Positions 1-8,915 of a stretch of DNA of 46,488 bases are shown piece by piece. This stretch comes from Candidatus Limnocylindrales bacterium (GTDB lineage: Bacteria > Chloroflexota > Limnocylindria > Limnocylindrales > CSP1-4): assembly GCA_036393495.1 (NCBI GenBank), contig DASWGY010000230.1, forward strand, positions 1 through 46,488, in the 5' to 3' direction. The notes under the pieces were generated by a model that did no database searches, had not been told where the DNA came from, and saw only the letters and a list, made by a program, of their open reading frames with translations. The first letter of the stretch is position 1; every line of letters begins with the position of its first letter. A program made the translations under genes and the position numbers.

Positions 1-1391
1 GCCGCGGTGACCGACAGCATCTCCTGCATCCCCGGGCCGCCGACCGGTCCCTCGTAGCGAATGACGACGACATCGCCGGGGACGATCCGGCGCTCCTTCA
101 CGGCCTCGAAGCAGGCCGTCTCGGAATCGAAGACCCGGGCCGGGCCGCGATGGTGGAGCCGCTCGTGGCCGGCCAGCTTCACGACGCAGCCGTCGGGCGC
201 GAGCGAGCCGCGCAGGATCGTCAGGCCACCGGACTCCTTGAGCGGTGACTCGATTGGGACGACGACCTTCTGGCCCTCGGTCTCGACGGTGTCGGCCGCG
301 ATCCGGGCGAGGGTCCGACCGTCGACGGTCTTCTCGTCGCCGTGGAGCAGGTCGCGCTTCAGTAGCTCCCGCATGACCAGGCCGATGCCGCCGGCGTCGT
401 ACATGTCGGCGGCCGTGTAGCGGCCACCGGGTCGCATGTCGGCGACGATCGGCGTTCGGTCGGCAATCGTGGCGAACTCGTCGAGCTCGAGCGGGATCCC
501 GAACTCGTGGGCCAGGGCCAGGAGGTGGAGGACGCCGTTCGTGGAGCCACCCGTCGCGGCGACCGAGGCGACCGCATTCTCGAGGGCCGCCCGGGTCACG
601 ATGTGGCTCGGCCGGATGTCGTGGCGGACGAGGGTCATCGCCAGCTCGCCGGCGCGCTTGGCGGCCTCGTCCTTCCTGGGGTCCTCGGCCGGGATGCCGT
701 TGAGGCCACCGGGCGACAGGCCCAGGAACTCCATGACCGTGCTCATCGTGTTGGCCGTGTACTGGCCGCCGCAGGCACCGGCACCGGGGCAGGCCGCACT
801 CTCGATCTCGTACAGCTCCTGGATCGAGATCTTCCCGGCCCGGTAGGCGCCGACCGCCTCGAAGACCGACACGATCGTCAGGTCGCGGCCCTTGTAGGTG
901 CCGGGGTAGATCGTGCCGTTGTAGAGGACGAGCCCCGGGACGTCGAGCCGGGCCAGGGCCATGGCGGCGCCGGGGATCGTCTTGTCGCAGCCGACGAGGC
1001 AGACGAGGCCGTCGAGGAGGTGGCCCCGGACGACGAGCTCGATCGAATCGGCCACGACCTCGCGGCTGATGAGCGAGGCCTTCATGCCCTCGGTGCCCAT
1101 CGACACGCCGTCCGAGACCGAGATCGTGTTGAACTCCATCGGCGTGCCACCGGCCTCGCGGATGCCCTGCTTCACGGACTCCGCCAGGCGCCGCTGGTTG
1201 AAGTTGCAGGGCATCGTCTCGATCCACGTCGTGGCGACGCCGATCAGCGGCTTGGCCAGGTCGTCGTCGGTGAACCCGATGGCCTTGAGCATTGCCCGGG
1301 CGGGGGCGCGATCCGGCCCGTCGGTCAGGAGATGGGAGTGGCGCTTGCCGACATCGGTCGGCCGCCCGTAGGGATGCGGTGCGTCGGTCAT
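1..1391 (-). CDS. ilvD: dihydroxy-acid dehydratase (N-terminal ~463 aa; 3' end runs off the window)
   Basis: Reverse translation from ATG 1391-1389 gives MTDAPHPYGRPTDVGKRHSHLLTDGPDRAPARAMLKAIGF... with the CDKTIPG motif and ...GGPGMQEMLSVTAA at the window edge. It is absent from the ORF track only because no stop lies inside the window. Confidence 0.93.
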   Translation of the reverse strand, partial: MTDAPHPYGRPTDVGKRHSHLLTDGPDRAPARAMLKAIGFTDDDLAKPLIGVATTWIETMPCNFNQRRLAESVKQGIREAGGTPMEFNTISVSDGVSMGTEGMKASLISREVVADSIELVVRGHLLDGLVCLVGCDKTIPGAAMALARLDVPGLVLYNGTIYPGTYKGRDLTIVSVFEAVGAYRAGKISIQELYEIESAACPGAGACGGQYTANTMSTVMEFLGLSPGGLNGIPAEDPRKDEAAKRAGELAMTLVRHDIRPSHIVTRAALENAVASVAATGGSTNGVLHLLALAHEFGIPLELDEFATIADRTPIVADMRPGGRYTAADMYDAGGIGLVMRELLKRDLLHGDEKTVDGRTLARIAADTVETEGQKVVVPIESPLKESGGLTILRGSLAPDGCVVKLAGHERLHHRGPARVFDSETACFEAVKERRIVPGDVVVIRYEGPVGGPGMQEMLSVTA

Positions 1392-1413
1392 CCTCGAAGT
1401 GTAGGCGGACGGG

Positions 1414-3072
1414 TCAGGTGGCCGCGACCGACCGGGCCAGGTGGGCCTCGACGATGTGCTCGGTGATCGAGGCGGCGGCCGGGCCGGAGACGGCGGCGAG
1501 GAAGGTCCGGCAGTCGACCGACCAGGCGGAGACCGGGGTCGCGGCGGTCACCGTCGCGGTTCGCATCGAGCTGCGGACCAGGGCGACCTCGCCGACCCCG
1601 TTGCCGTGGCCGAGGCGGTGGATCAGGCGGCCCTCGACGGTGACGTCGACCTCCCCACGGTCGATCACGAGGAACTCGTCGCCGACGTCGCCCTCCCGGA
1701 GGAGAACGGTTCCCGGTGCTGCCTCGATCGAGCGGAGGCCGGCGGCGAGGCGTTCAATGGCCGTCAGGGGCAGCGCCGCGAAGACGGGCACCTCGCGCAG
1801 GAGGCGAACGGTGGGCTCGTCCACGACCGCGATCTCCTGGCTGCGCCCGACCCTGCCGTAGACGACGAGCGCCAGCACCGGCAGGAGCGACCCGGCGATC
1901 ACGAGGGCGCCCTGGGGCCCGAAAGCCACCAGGAGGGCCGGGGCAAGGAGGCTCCCGGAGACCGACCCGAGGCCGGCGACGCCCTCGAACACGGAGAAGA
2001 CCGGAGCCCGCTCCTCGTTCGAGCAGCCTCGCTGGAAGATCGTGAAGACGGCGACGTCGTAGACGGCATTGGCGACGCCGATGACGACCATCGCCATGAG
2101 GGCCACGGCAGGGTGAACCAGCAGGCCCACAACAGCGATCGGGGCGCCCCACCAGGCCAACGAGGCGCAGGCGGTCCGGACCAGCTGATCGGTTCGGGTG
2201 ACCGAGACGGCGAAGATGGCCCCGAAGAGCCCCCCGATGCCGAGGGCCGCGTTGAGCAGGCCGACGCCCGGCTCGCCCATCCCAAGGAGCTCGATCGAGG
2301 CGACCACGAGGAGGGTGTTGAGGAGCCCGCGGGTCAGCACCTGCCCGTAGACCGTGGCCATCATCCAGCGTGGCACCGGGCGCCTGCCGAGGGCCCGGAA
2401 GCCATCGAGCAGCCGGAGACCGCCGCCGGCGAGCCCGGCGCCGCCGGTCGCGTCCGCCGCGTGCTCGAAGCGAAGGCCGGCGACCGCCACGACCGTGATC
2501 GCGAAGCCGAGTGCCGCGGCGGCGGCCGCGCCGGCCTCGAGGCCGGCGGCGATGATGAGGCCGGCGATGAACGGCCCGGCGAAGGAGCCAAGGCCCTCGC
2601 CGGTGGTCCAGGCCATGTTCGAGGCGACGAGCTCGCCGGGGCTCCGGGCGAGCGCCGGCATGAGCGTCGCTTGGATGGGGCGGACCGGGGCGCCGGCAGA
2701 AGCCGCCACGGCGGCCGCGAGGAAGAGGGCCGGCGTCGGTCCACCGGTCGCGATGAGGAGCGCCGCCAGGCCGGCGGCGGCCGTACGGGTCAGCCCGATG
2801 GCGACGAGGAGACGCTCGCCCGGGATGCGCTCCAGGACGGATCCAGAGAGCATTCCCGAGACGACAGCGGGCACCATCCGGACGGCGCCGAGCAGTCCGG
2901 TCGCGAGGGCACCATCCCGCTCGTAGACAACGACCAGGAGGACCACGAGGAACGCGGCATCAGCGGCGATGCCCACCATCCAGGCGATCTCGAGGCGCCG
3001 GATTCCCTCGTTGCCGAGAGCCTCGCGGAGCGCCTGGACGGGCGCCCGGATGGGCCCCCCGATCCAGCTCAC
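1414..3072 (-). CDS. MFS transporter fused to a C-terminal cyclic-nucleotide-binding domain
   Basis: 552-aa ORF. The N-terminal ~420 aa are polytopic and hydrophobic, MFS-like. The C-terminal ~120 aa (LLREVPVFAALP...LLREGDVGDEFLVIDRGEVDV...GEVALV...RTATV) match the cNMP-binding fold signature. GC3 is high. Confidence 0.82.
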   Translation of the reverse strand: MSWIGGPIRAPVQALREALGNEGIRRLEIAWMVGIAADAAFLVVLLVVVYERDGALATGLLGAVRMVPAVVSGMLSGSVLERIPGERLLVAIGLTRTAAAGLAALLIATGGPTPALFLAAAVAASAGAPVRPIQATLMPALARSPGELVASNMAWTTGEGLGSFAGPFIAGLIIAAGLEAGAAAAAALGFAITVVAVAGLRFEHAADATGGAGLAGGGLRLLDGFRALGRRPVPRWMMATVYGQVLTRGLLNTLLVVASIELLGMGEPGVGLLNAALGIGGLFGAIFAVSVTRTDQLVRTACASLAWWGAPIAVVGLLVHPAVALMAMVVIGVANAVYDVAVFTIFQRGCSNEERAPVFSVFEGVAGLGSVSGSLLAPALLVAFGPQGALVIAGSLLPVLALVVYGRVGRSQEIAVVDEPTVRLLREVPVFAALPLTAIERLAAGLRSIEAAPGTVLLREGDVGDEFLVIDRGEVDVTVEGRLIHRLGHGNGVGEVALVRSSMRTATVTAATPVSAWSVDCRTFLAAVSGPAAASITEHIVEAHLARSVAAT

Positions 3073-3117
3073 CTGGGTGCCGCGCCGAGCCCGCCGGTCA
3101 TCGGCGAATGGTACGAC

Positions 3118-4293
3118 TCAATGGAGGCACGGCCCGGTGTCGACGGGCCGGGTCAGCCCGAGAGCCGGTCCGACGGCGATCGCGACGGCCGTCGGCGACA
3201 GCGCGTAGCCGACGTTCGCGTCGGACCGGGATTCGGCGAACACGACGCCCCCGATCGTGCCGTTGGTGAGGATCAGCGGCCCGCCGCTGTCCCCTGGCTC
3301 GACGACGGCTCGAAGCTCGATGATCCGGCGGATGACCCGTTCCGTCCCGCCGACGTCGAGGCCCTCGGCGTCATAGGTCGCCGTCACGGCCGCCGCTTCC
3401 ACGACGGCGTCGCCGCCGCCCGGGTAGCCGAGCGTCGCCCCGAGCGCGCCCCGCGTGGGATCGGACGGGGCGAAGATCAGGGCCGGCGGGGCAAAGCCGT
3501 CCACGCGCAGGACCGCGATGTCGAGGTCGGGGTCGAAGTGGACGACGACGGCATCCCAGCGGCCGGCCGGGGTGTCGACGCTGACGGTCCGCGCCCCGGC
3601 CACGACGTGGGCGTTCGTCACCACGTAGTGCGACGCCACGACGAAGCCGGTGCCGGTCGAGCGGGTCAGGCAGGCCTCAGCCTGGATCCGCGGCACCGAC
3701 GCCGCCGCCTGTCGACCGAGCGCCTCGGCCAGGGGATCGTCCGGCAGCTCGATCGCCTCGGCCGGGAGCCGCTCCAGGCCCAGGAAGACATCCGGCAGCC
3801 CCGACTCGTCGAGGGCCTTGCCGAGCTCCACGACGATCTCCGTGGGGGATGGCAGGACGATCGCCAGGGCCCTGGCGGCACGTGACGTCTGGGCAATCTG
3901 GCCGAGCTGCGGGATCGCGCCCGTGGCGAGGATGCCGCCGGCGAGCCAGATGATGAGGATCGCCTGGCCGGCGCCGACCACCGCCCCGCCGACGCGGTCC
4001 AACGCCCCGAGGAGCCCCACCCCCAGAAGCCGTGAGGCCGACCGGCCAAGCCGCGTCCCGACCGCTTCTCCGAGCCCGACCAGGCCGAGCAGGACGACGA
4101 TCACCACGGCCGCCCGAAGTGATGCGGGGACCTCGGTCAGGAGCGGCAGCAGGCGCGGGACCGAGACCAGTCCGGCGAGGACGCCGAGTGCGGCTCCCGC
4201 CAGGCCGGCGACCTGCGGCAATGCCCCGGACCGCCAACCCAGGACGATCGCGAGCACGAGGAGCGCGATCGCGCCGGCATCCAGCGGGTTCAC
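3118..4293 (-). CDS. MarP-like membrane serine protease (CvpA-type TM domain plus trypsin-like S1 domain)
   Basis: 391-aa ORF with four N-terminal TM helices, then TGTGFVV...NAHVV...DIAVLRV...GDSGGPL. This is a His/Asp/Ser chymotrypsin-fold triad as in mycobacterial MarP (Rv3671c). Confidence 0.8.
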   Translation of the reverse strand: MNPLDAGAIALLVLAIVLGWRSGALPQVAGLAGAALGVLAGLVSVPRLLPLLTEVPASLRAAVVIVVLLGLVGLGEAVGTRLGRSASRLLGVGLLGALDRVGGAVVGAGQAILIIWLAGGILATGAIPQLGQIAQTSRAARALAIVLPSPTEIVVELGKALDESGLPDVFLGLERLPAEAIELPDDPLAEALGRQAAASVPRIQAEACLTRSTGTGFVVASHYVVTNAHVVAGARTVSVDTPAGRWDAVVVHFDPDLDIAVLRVDGFAPPALIFAPSDPTRGALGATLGYPGGGDAVVEAAAVTATYDAEGLDVGGTERVIRRIIELRAVVEPGDSGGPLILTNGTIGGVVFAESRSDANVGYALSPTAVAIAVGPALGLTRPVDTGPCLH

Positions 4294-4348
4294 ACCGGGA
4301 TGGTGGCACAGGACCTCGTCCGGCGGCCTGAGCGACCGAGTCGCGGCG

Positions 4349-6307
4349 CTACCGCCGGCGGTCAGCCCTCGCGAACCGGCGTGGCAGGGGCACGAGGCGA
4401 GCCGAATTCAGGATGAACGTCAGCTCGGAGCCCACGTGGATGAACGTCGCGAGGAGGGGCCCGAGGAGCCCGAGCGCGGCGAGCCCGATGCCGAGCAGGT
4501 CGATGCCGATCGTTCCGGCGAAGTTCTGGATGATCACGCCGCGGGTCCGCCGGGCGAGCCGGATCGTCTCGACGAACTTCGTGAGGTCGTTCCCGATGAG
4601 CACGACATCGGCGCTCTCACGGGTGACGTCCGTTCCCGATCCCATCGCCACCCCGACGCTCGCCTCGGCCAGGGCCGGAGCATCGTTCACGCCGTCACCG
4701 ATCATGACGACGCGGCGACCCGACGCGACGAGCGAGCGAACGTGATCGGCCTTCTGCTCGGGGAGCATCCCGCCGACGAACTCGTCGACACCCAGCTCGG
4801 CGGCAATCGTCGCCGCGGCCGCGGGCCGGTCGCCCGTCAGGAGCACGGTCAGGATCCCCATCTCGCGGAGCTCCCGCACGGCCGTGACGGCCTCATGCCG
4901 GAGGGCGTCGGCGATGACGATCGAGCCCATGACGCGCCGGTCGCGGACCACGACCACCTCGGACGCCGCCCCGTCGTCGACGACGGGCAGACCGTCGACG
5001 TCGATCGCCAGCTCCGAGAGGAACCTGCGTGAGCCCGCCACGATCTCGGCCCCGCCGGCGACGACGCTGACGCCGCGGCCGGGGATCGAGGAGAACGCCT
5101 CCGGCTCATCGACGGCCAGGCCGGTGGCACGCGCATGGGCAACGATGGCTCGACCGAGCGGGTGCTCGCTGCGGGCCTCGGCGATCGCGGCGGTGGCGAG
5201 AATCGAATCGGTCGAAGCCCCATCAGCCGGGACGACACGCTGGACGCCCGGTGTCCCGAAGGTCAACGTCCCGGTCTTGTCGAGCACGACCGTATCGGCC
5301 GCCCAGAGGGCCTCGACGTAGCGCCCGCCCTTGATGATCGAGCGATGCCGCGCGGCTCGGCCGATCGCACCCAGGATCGCGAGCGGCGTGCCGGCCGCGA
5401 CGCCGCAGGCGCCGGCCACGATGATCACCGAGATCGTCGCCGATGCGTCCCGGGTCACGACGAAGGTCAGCGCCGCGGCGCCGATCGCGAACACGACGAG
5501 GTAGCCCGCCAGCCGGTCGGCCGTCTTCTGGACCGGTGCCCGCGACCGCTCGGCCCGCTCGACCGCCTCGACGATCTTGCCGAACGTGGAGTCGCGCCCG
5601 ATCCGCTCGGCGCGGACCTCGAGCGCGCCGTTCTGGTTGATCGTGCCGGCGTAGACGGAGTCCCCGGTCTGCTTGCCGACGGGCATCGGCTCGCCGGTGA
5701 TCGTCGCCTCGTCGACATACGACGTGCCGGCGACGACCTCGCCGTCGATCGGTACGCTGCCCCCCGGGTTGACGAGCACGAGATCTCCGACTCGAAGGTC
5801 GCCGAGCGGGATCTCCACGACGGACCCGGACCGGCGGACCGCAGCCGTCCGTGGCAGGTACTCGAGCAGGTCCCGGATCGCATGTCGTCCGCGGGCCACC
5901 GCCATCTCCTCGATGAGCTCGGCCGCGAGCACGAACGCGGCGATCACGAGGGCAACGAACACCTCGCCGGTCAGGAGCGCCGCGACGAGCGCGATCGTCA
6001 TCGACAGCTCCATCGTCATCCGCCGCTCGAGCAGGTTCTCGAGCGCTTCGTGGAGGACCGGCCAGGCGCCGATCGCGAGGACGACCGCACCGAAGGCGAG
6101 GAGCACCAGCGGCGGCGCCGTCGACGCCGCGAGTGCCACGAGGGCCGCGGCGCTGACGCCGGCGATCCGGACCAGGTCGAGGAGCTCGACCCGGTGCTCC
6201 TCGATGCCGTCCTCGGCCTCACTGGCGTGACCGATCGTCGGTGCGAAGGTCGTGAGGCCGTCGCTCGCCGGCGGATCGAGCAGCTCGTTCGCTCCAGGGG
6301 CGCTCAC
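4349..6307 (-). CDS. P1B-type heavy-metal P-type ATPase without an N-terminal metal-binding domain and with a non-canonical TM4 motif
   Basis: 652 aa with DKTGTLT, SEHPLG (HP motif), GDGVNDAPAL and TGEP. There is no GMxCxxC domain. TM4 reads VIIVAGACGVAAGTP (GAC where CPC/SPC is expected). The last TM reads FIHVGSELTFILNSARL, which is P1B-4-like. The GTG start at 6307 overlaps the upstream stop (GTGA). Confidence 0.9.
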   Translation of the reverse strand: MSAPGANELLDPPASDGLTTFAPTIGHASEAEDGIEEHRVELLDLVRIAGVSAAALVALAASTAPPLVLLAFGAVVLAIGAWPVLHEALENLLERRMTMELSMTIALVAALLTGEVFVALVIAAFVLAAELIEEMAVARGRHAIRDLLEYLPRTAAVRRSGSVVEIPLGDLRVGDLVLVNPGGSVPIDGEVVAGTSYVDEATITGEPMPVGKQTGDSVYAGTINQNGALEVRAERIGRDSTFGKIVEAVERAERSRAPVQKTADRLAGYLVVFAIGAAALTFVVTRDASATISVIIVAGACGVAAGTPLAILGAIGRAARHRSIIKGGRYVEALWAADTVVLDKTGTLTFGTPGVQRVVPADGASTDSILATAAIAEARSEHPLGRAIVAHARATGLAVDEPEAFSSIPGRGVSVVAGGAEIVAGSRRFLSELAIDVDGLPVVDDGAASEVVVVRDRRVMGSIVIADALRHEAVTAVRELREMGILTVLLTGDRPAAAATIAAELGVDEFVGGMLPEQKADHVRSLVASGRRVVMIGDGVNDAPALAEASVGVAMGSGTDVTRESADVVLIGNDLTKFVETIRLARRTRGVIIQNFAGTIGIDLLGIGLAALGLLGPLLATFIHVGSELTFILNSARLVPLPRRFARADRRR

Positions 6308-6582
6308 TTCAGGTACGTCCGGACGACGCCGACGAGCTGCTCGACGGCCCGACCATCCTCCGACAAGGGGTCGGGTTCACGGCCGATGACGTGATACCGG
6401 ATGTGTCCCTCCAGGACCTCGGCCATCAGGCCATTCAGGGCACCCCGGGACGAGGCAATCAGCTGCAGCGTCGCCTCGCAATCCGCCTCGCTGCTCAGCC
6501 CCCGCTCGACCGCCTCGAGCTGCCCGCGCACCCGGCGCACCCGCGCGATGAGCTTGGCCTTGTCCCGGATGAGGTGCGCCAT
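6304..6582 (-). CDS. CsoR/RcnR-family (DUF156) metal-sensing repressor with an RcnR-type H-C-H-H fingerprint
   Basis: I trimmed the track ORF 6304-6690 to the ATG at 6582, which is preceded by GGAGG. The product is MAHLIRDKAKLIARVRRVRGQLEAVERGLSSEADCEATLQLIASSRGALNGLMAEVLEGHIRYHV..., with His3, Cys35, His60 and His64 by direct counting. Confidence 0.85.
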   Translation of the reverse strand: MAHLIRDKAKLIARVRRVRGQLEAVERGLSSEADCEATLQLIASSRGALNGLMAEVLEGHIRYHVIGREPDPLSEDGRAVEQLVGVVRTYLK

Positions 6583-6647
6583 GCTGCCTCCAGCTGCACT
6601 CGGGGATGGGAAGGGGACTACCCTATCACGACGTCGCCGTTGTGCCA

Positions 6648-6681
6648 ACTGTTGACATTCGACAATGACTGCCCATACGAT
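6648..6681 (+). promoter_or_regulatory. candidate promoter (-35 TTGACA, 18 nt, -10 TACGAT) carrying the ACTGTTGACA island motif
   Basis: ACTGTTGACATT lies at 6648-6659, with TACGAT at 6676-6681, 40 nt upstream of the ATG at 6721. The same 10-mer recurs at other island promoters. Confidence 0.5.
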
Positions 6682-6720
6682 TCGGGTCATTCCGGCGCTT
6701 CAGCACACCAGGAGGGGTCA

Positions 6721-7188
6721 ATGGACCATCGTCGTCGCGACCTGTTCATCCTCGTCCCAGCCCCGGGCCGCGCCGACGAGGCAGCGGCCTTCGCCTCGGC
6801 CTGGCTACGCCAACTCGATGGCCACCCGGGGTACCTCGGTGGGGTGGTGGTCCGCGAATCGGCCGGCGAGATGCTCGAGAACACGATGGCCGTCATGATC
6901 GAGTTCGAGGACACGGCCGCCGCGAAGGCCCTGTGGCCCAAGATCGAGAACCTCGTCACCCCGATCTCGTCGGACGTGGCCGGCGCCCAGCCTCGCGACC
7001 AGGCGCCCGTCCTGACCCAGTTCCTCATCGATCGGGGCGACGATCACTCGGAAGCGACCGAGCTCCGGGCGGATGCCACCCGGAAGCTCGAATTCAACCG
7101 CGGGAACGGACTGTTCGCGCGGCTCCTCCACATGCACGGCGAGATCCTCGACGACTACCCGGCGAGTGGCGCCGGCCCGATGGCGTAG
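6721..7188 (+). CDS. hypothetical protein, possibly a dimeric alpha/beta-barrel (ABM-like) fold
   Basis: I trimmed the track ORF to the ATG at 6721, which is preceded by AGGAGG. The 155-aa product has good GC3. The functional call is weak and rests only on the LFILV...GYLGGVVVRES...AVMIEFED pattern. Confidence 0.45.
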   Translation: MDHRRRDLFILVPAPGRADEAAAFASAWLRQLDGHPGYLGGVVVRESAGEMLENTMAVMIEFEDTAAAKALWPKIENLVTPISSDVAGAQPRDQAPVLTQFLIDRGDDHSEATELRADATRKLEFNRGNGLFARLLHMHGEILDDYPASGAGPMA

Positions 7189-7248
7189 GCGCCGATCCCG
7201 CTCTCCGCGGGCCCAACGCCGGGGTCTGCGCCGCGTACACTGTCAACC

Positions 7249-7260
7249 GCCGACACCGTG
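7249..7260. promoter_or_regulatory. degenerate copy of the island operator (ACTGTCAACCGC) upstream of the first GntR gene
   Basis: It matches 9-10 of 12 positions of ATTGTCAACAGT and lies about 80 nt upstream of the ATG at 7339. Confidence 0.3.
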
Positions 7261-7338
7261 CAAGAGTCCGGCCAGCCCGGCATCGACCGGGCGACGGCTC
7301 ACCAACCCACCTCAGCCAAATCCGAGACATTGATCCCG

Positions 7339-8034
7339 ATGGCCAAACAGACAATCGTCCGGATCAAGCGCTCAACGCTGTCGTCGGTCGTGACCGATCG
7401 TCTCCGCGAGCTCGTCATCTCGGGTGCATACGAACCGGGCGCCCAGTTGAGCGAGGTCGAGCTCGCCGAGCAGTTCGGGGTCAGTCGCGGCCCAATCCGC
7501 GAAGGCCTCCAGCGCCTCGTTCAGGATGGCCTGCTCCGATCGGAGCCCCACCGTGGCGTCTTCGTCCCGAAAGTCGGGTCGGCCGATATCGCCGACATCT
7601 ACCTGGCGCGTGAAGCGATCGAAGGTGCCGCGATTCGGATCGTGATGGCTTCGGAGGGTCGGGCGACCGTCGTCGCGACGCTGCGGGACCTCGTCCGCCA
7701 GATGCGCGCCGCTACCGCCGCCGGGAAGTGGGCCCGGGTCGCCGACTTCGACATGCGGTTCCATCTCGAGGTCGTCCGAGCCTCCGGGAGCCCGCGGCTG
7801 CAACGGATGTACTCGACGTTGATCGACGAGACCCGAGTCGTCATGTCGATGACGGCCAACGTGCCCGGTCGCGAGGACTACGCCGAGGAGCACGACGAGA
7901 TCGCCGATCGGATCGAAGGCGGCAGCGTTGATTCCGCGGTCAGTACCCTCGCTCGTACATTCCGAGAGTCAAAACAGACGCTGACGACACAGGCGGCCCA
8001 GGTCGGGCACCCGGGCAGGGACGGGACCGACTAG
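7339..8034 (+). CDS. GntR-family transcriptional regulator (FadR/FCD subfamily), copy 1
   Basis: Start trimmed to the ATG at 7339. The N-terminal wHTH reads LSEVELAEQFGVSRGPIREGLQRLVQDGLL, followed by an all-helical FCD-like C-terminal domain. Confidence 0.85.
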   Translation: MAKQTIVRIKRSTLSSVVTDRLRELVISGAYEPGAQLSEVELAEQFGVSRGPIREGLQRLVQDGLLRSEPHRGVFVPKVGSADIADIYLAREAIEGAAIRIVMASEGRATVVATLRDLVRQMRAATAAGKWARVADFDMRFHLEVVRASGSPRLQRMYSTLIDETRVVMSMTANVPGREDYAEEHDEIADRIEGGSVDSAVSTLARTFRESKQTLTTQAAQVGHPGRDGTD

Positions 8035-8135
8035 GTCCCTGGCCACCGCGAGGCGAGCACCGCGAGGCTGACGATCCTGGGTCGCCGGGGACCGGAGATC
8101 CATGGTCCGAGCCCCGCCGGCATTCAGGGCGCTCG

Positions 8136-8169
8136 ATTGTTGACAGCTGACACTTGACAGCAGTAGAAT
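8136..8169 (+). promoter_or_regulatory. candidate sigma-70-type promoter (-35 TTGACA 8140-8145, 18 nt, -10 TAGAAT 8164-8169) with an ATTGTTGACAGC operator-like element
   Basis: Near-consensus hexamers sit in an AT-richer island 50 nt upstream of the GTG at 8222. A second TTGACA lies at 8154-8159. Confidence 0.55.
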
Positions 8170-8221
8170 CGGCGCGCATCGGCGGACCAACCAGCCGAGC
8201 GTCCGAGCCGGAGGTTCGCGG

Positions 8222-8893
8222 GTGGCCCACCCCTTCGACCCCAAGTTCGTCACCTTCGACTGCTATGGCACGTTGACCTGGTTCCAGATCAACAACTCGA
8301 CGAAGGGCATCCTCGGGGACCGCCTCTCGGTGCACCTTGCCCCGGCCTTCCTCGAGAGCTTCCGGGGCTACCGCATCGACGAGGTCCTCGGCGAGTGGCG
8401 TCCGTACCACGACGTCATCGCGAGCTCGTACCAGCGGGCATGCCAGCGGCACGGCGTCGAGTACCGGGATGCGGATGCTCGCGCGATCTACGAGTCGATC
8501 GGCACCTGGGGGCCGCACCCCGACACGCCGGGCGGCCTCGCCAGGCTCGCCACGAAGGTCCCCCTCGTCATCCTCTCGAACACCGACGATGACCTGATCC
8601 CGGGCAATGTCGCCCAGCTCGGCGCGCCGTTCGCGCATGTGCTGACGGCGCAGCAGGCGCACGCCTACAAGCCGCGTCTACGGGCGTTCGAGTACATGCT
8701 CGACACGCTCGGGGTGGGCCCTACCGAGATCGTCCACGTCTCGTCCAGCCTGCGCTACGACCTCATGCCGGCCTACGACCTCGGGATCACCAGCAAGGTC
8801 TACGTCAACCGGGGCCAAGAGCCGTCGGCGCCCTACTACGGCTACCGCGAGATCTCCTCGATCGCCGAGCTGCCCGGCCTGTTCGGCATCTAG
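8222..8893 (+). CDS. HAD-superfamily hydrolase, haloacid dehalogenase type II-like, copy 1
   Basis: 223 aa with the FDCYGTL nucleophile motif, ILSN, YKP and VSSS. It is preceded by GGAGGTTCGCG. Confidence 0.8.
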   Translation: MAHPFDPKFVTFDCYGTLTWFQINNSTKGILGDRLSVHLAPAFLESFRGYRIDEVLGEWRPYHDVIASSYQRACQRHGVEYRDADARAIYESIGTWGPHPDTPGGLARLATKVPLVILSNTDDDLIPGNVAQLGAPFAHVLTAQQAHAYKPRLRAFEYMLDTLGVGPTEIVHVSSSLRYDLMPAYDLGITSKVYVNRGQEPSAPYYGYREISSIAELPGLFGI

Positions 8894-8915
8894 GCGAGCA
8901 GCAGGGCAGCGCGTC

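Noticed and set aside
1441-3885. 814-aa + strand ORF, together with many similar long ORFs (for example 8973-10442, 11319-12590, 13790-15595, 25146-26930, 35687-36973, 37322-39013 and 42540-44168)
   Set aside because: They are antisense or out of frame to genes with clear family signatures. Their products are low-complexity Arg/Gly/Pro/Asp/Glu strings with no recognisable domains. Such open shadow frames are expected in DNA this GC-rich.
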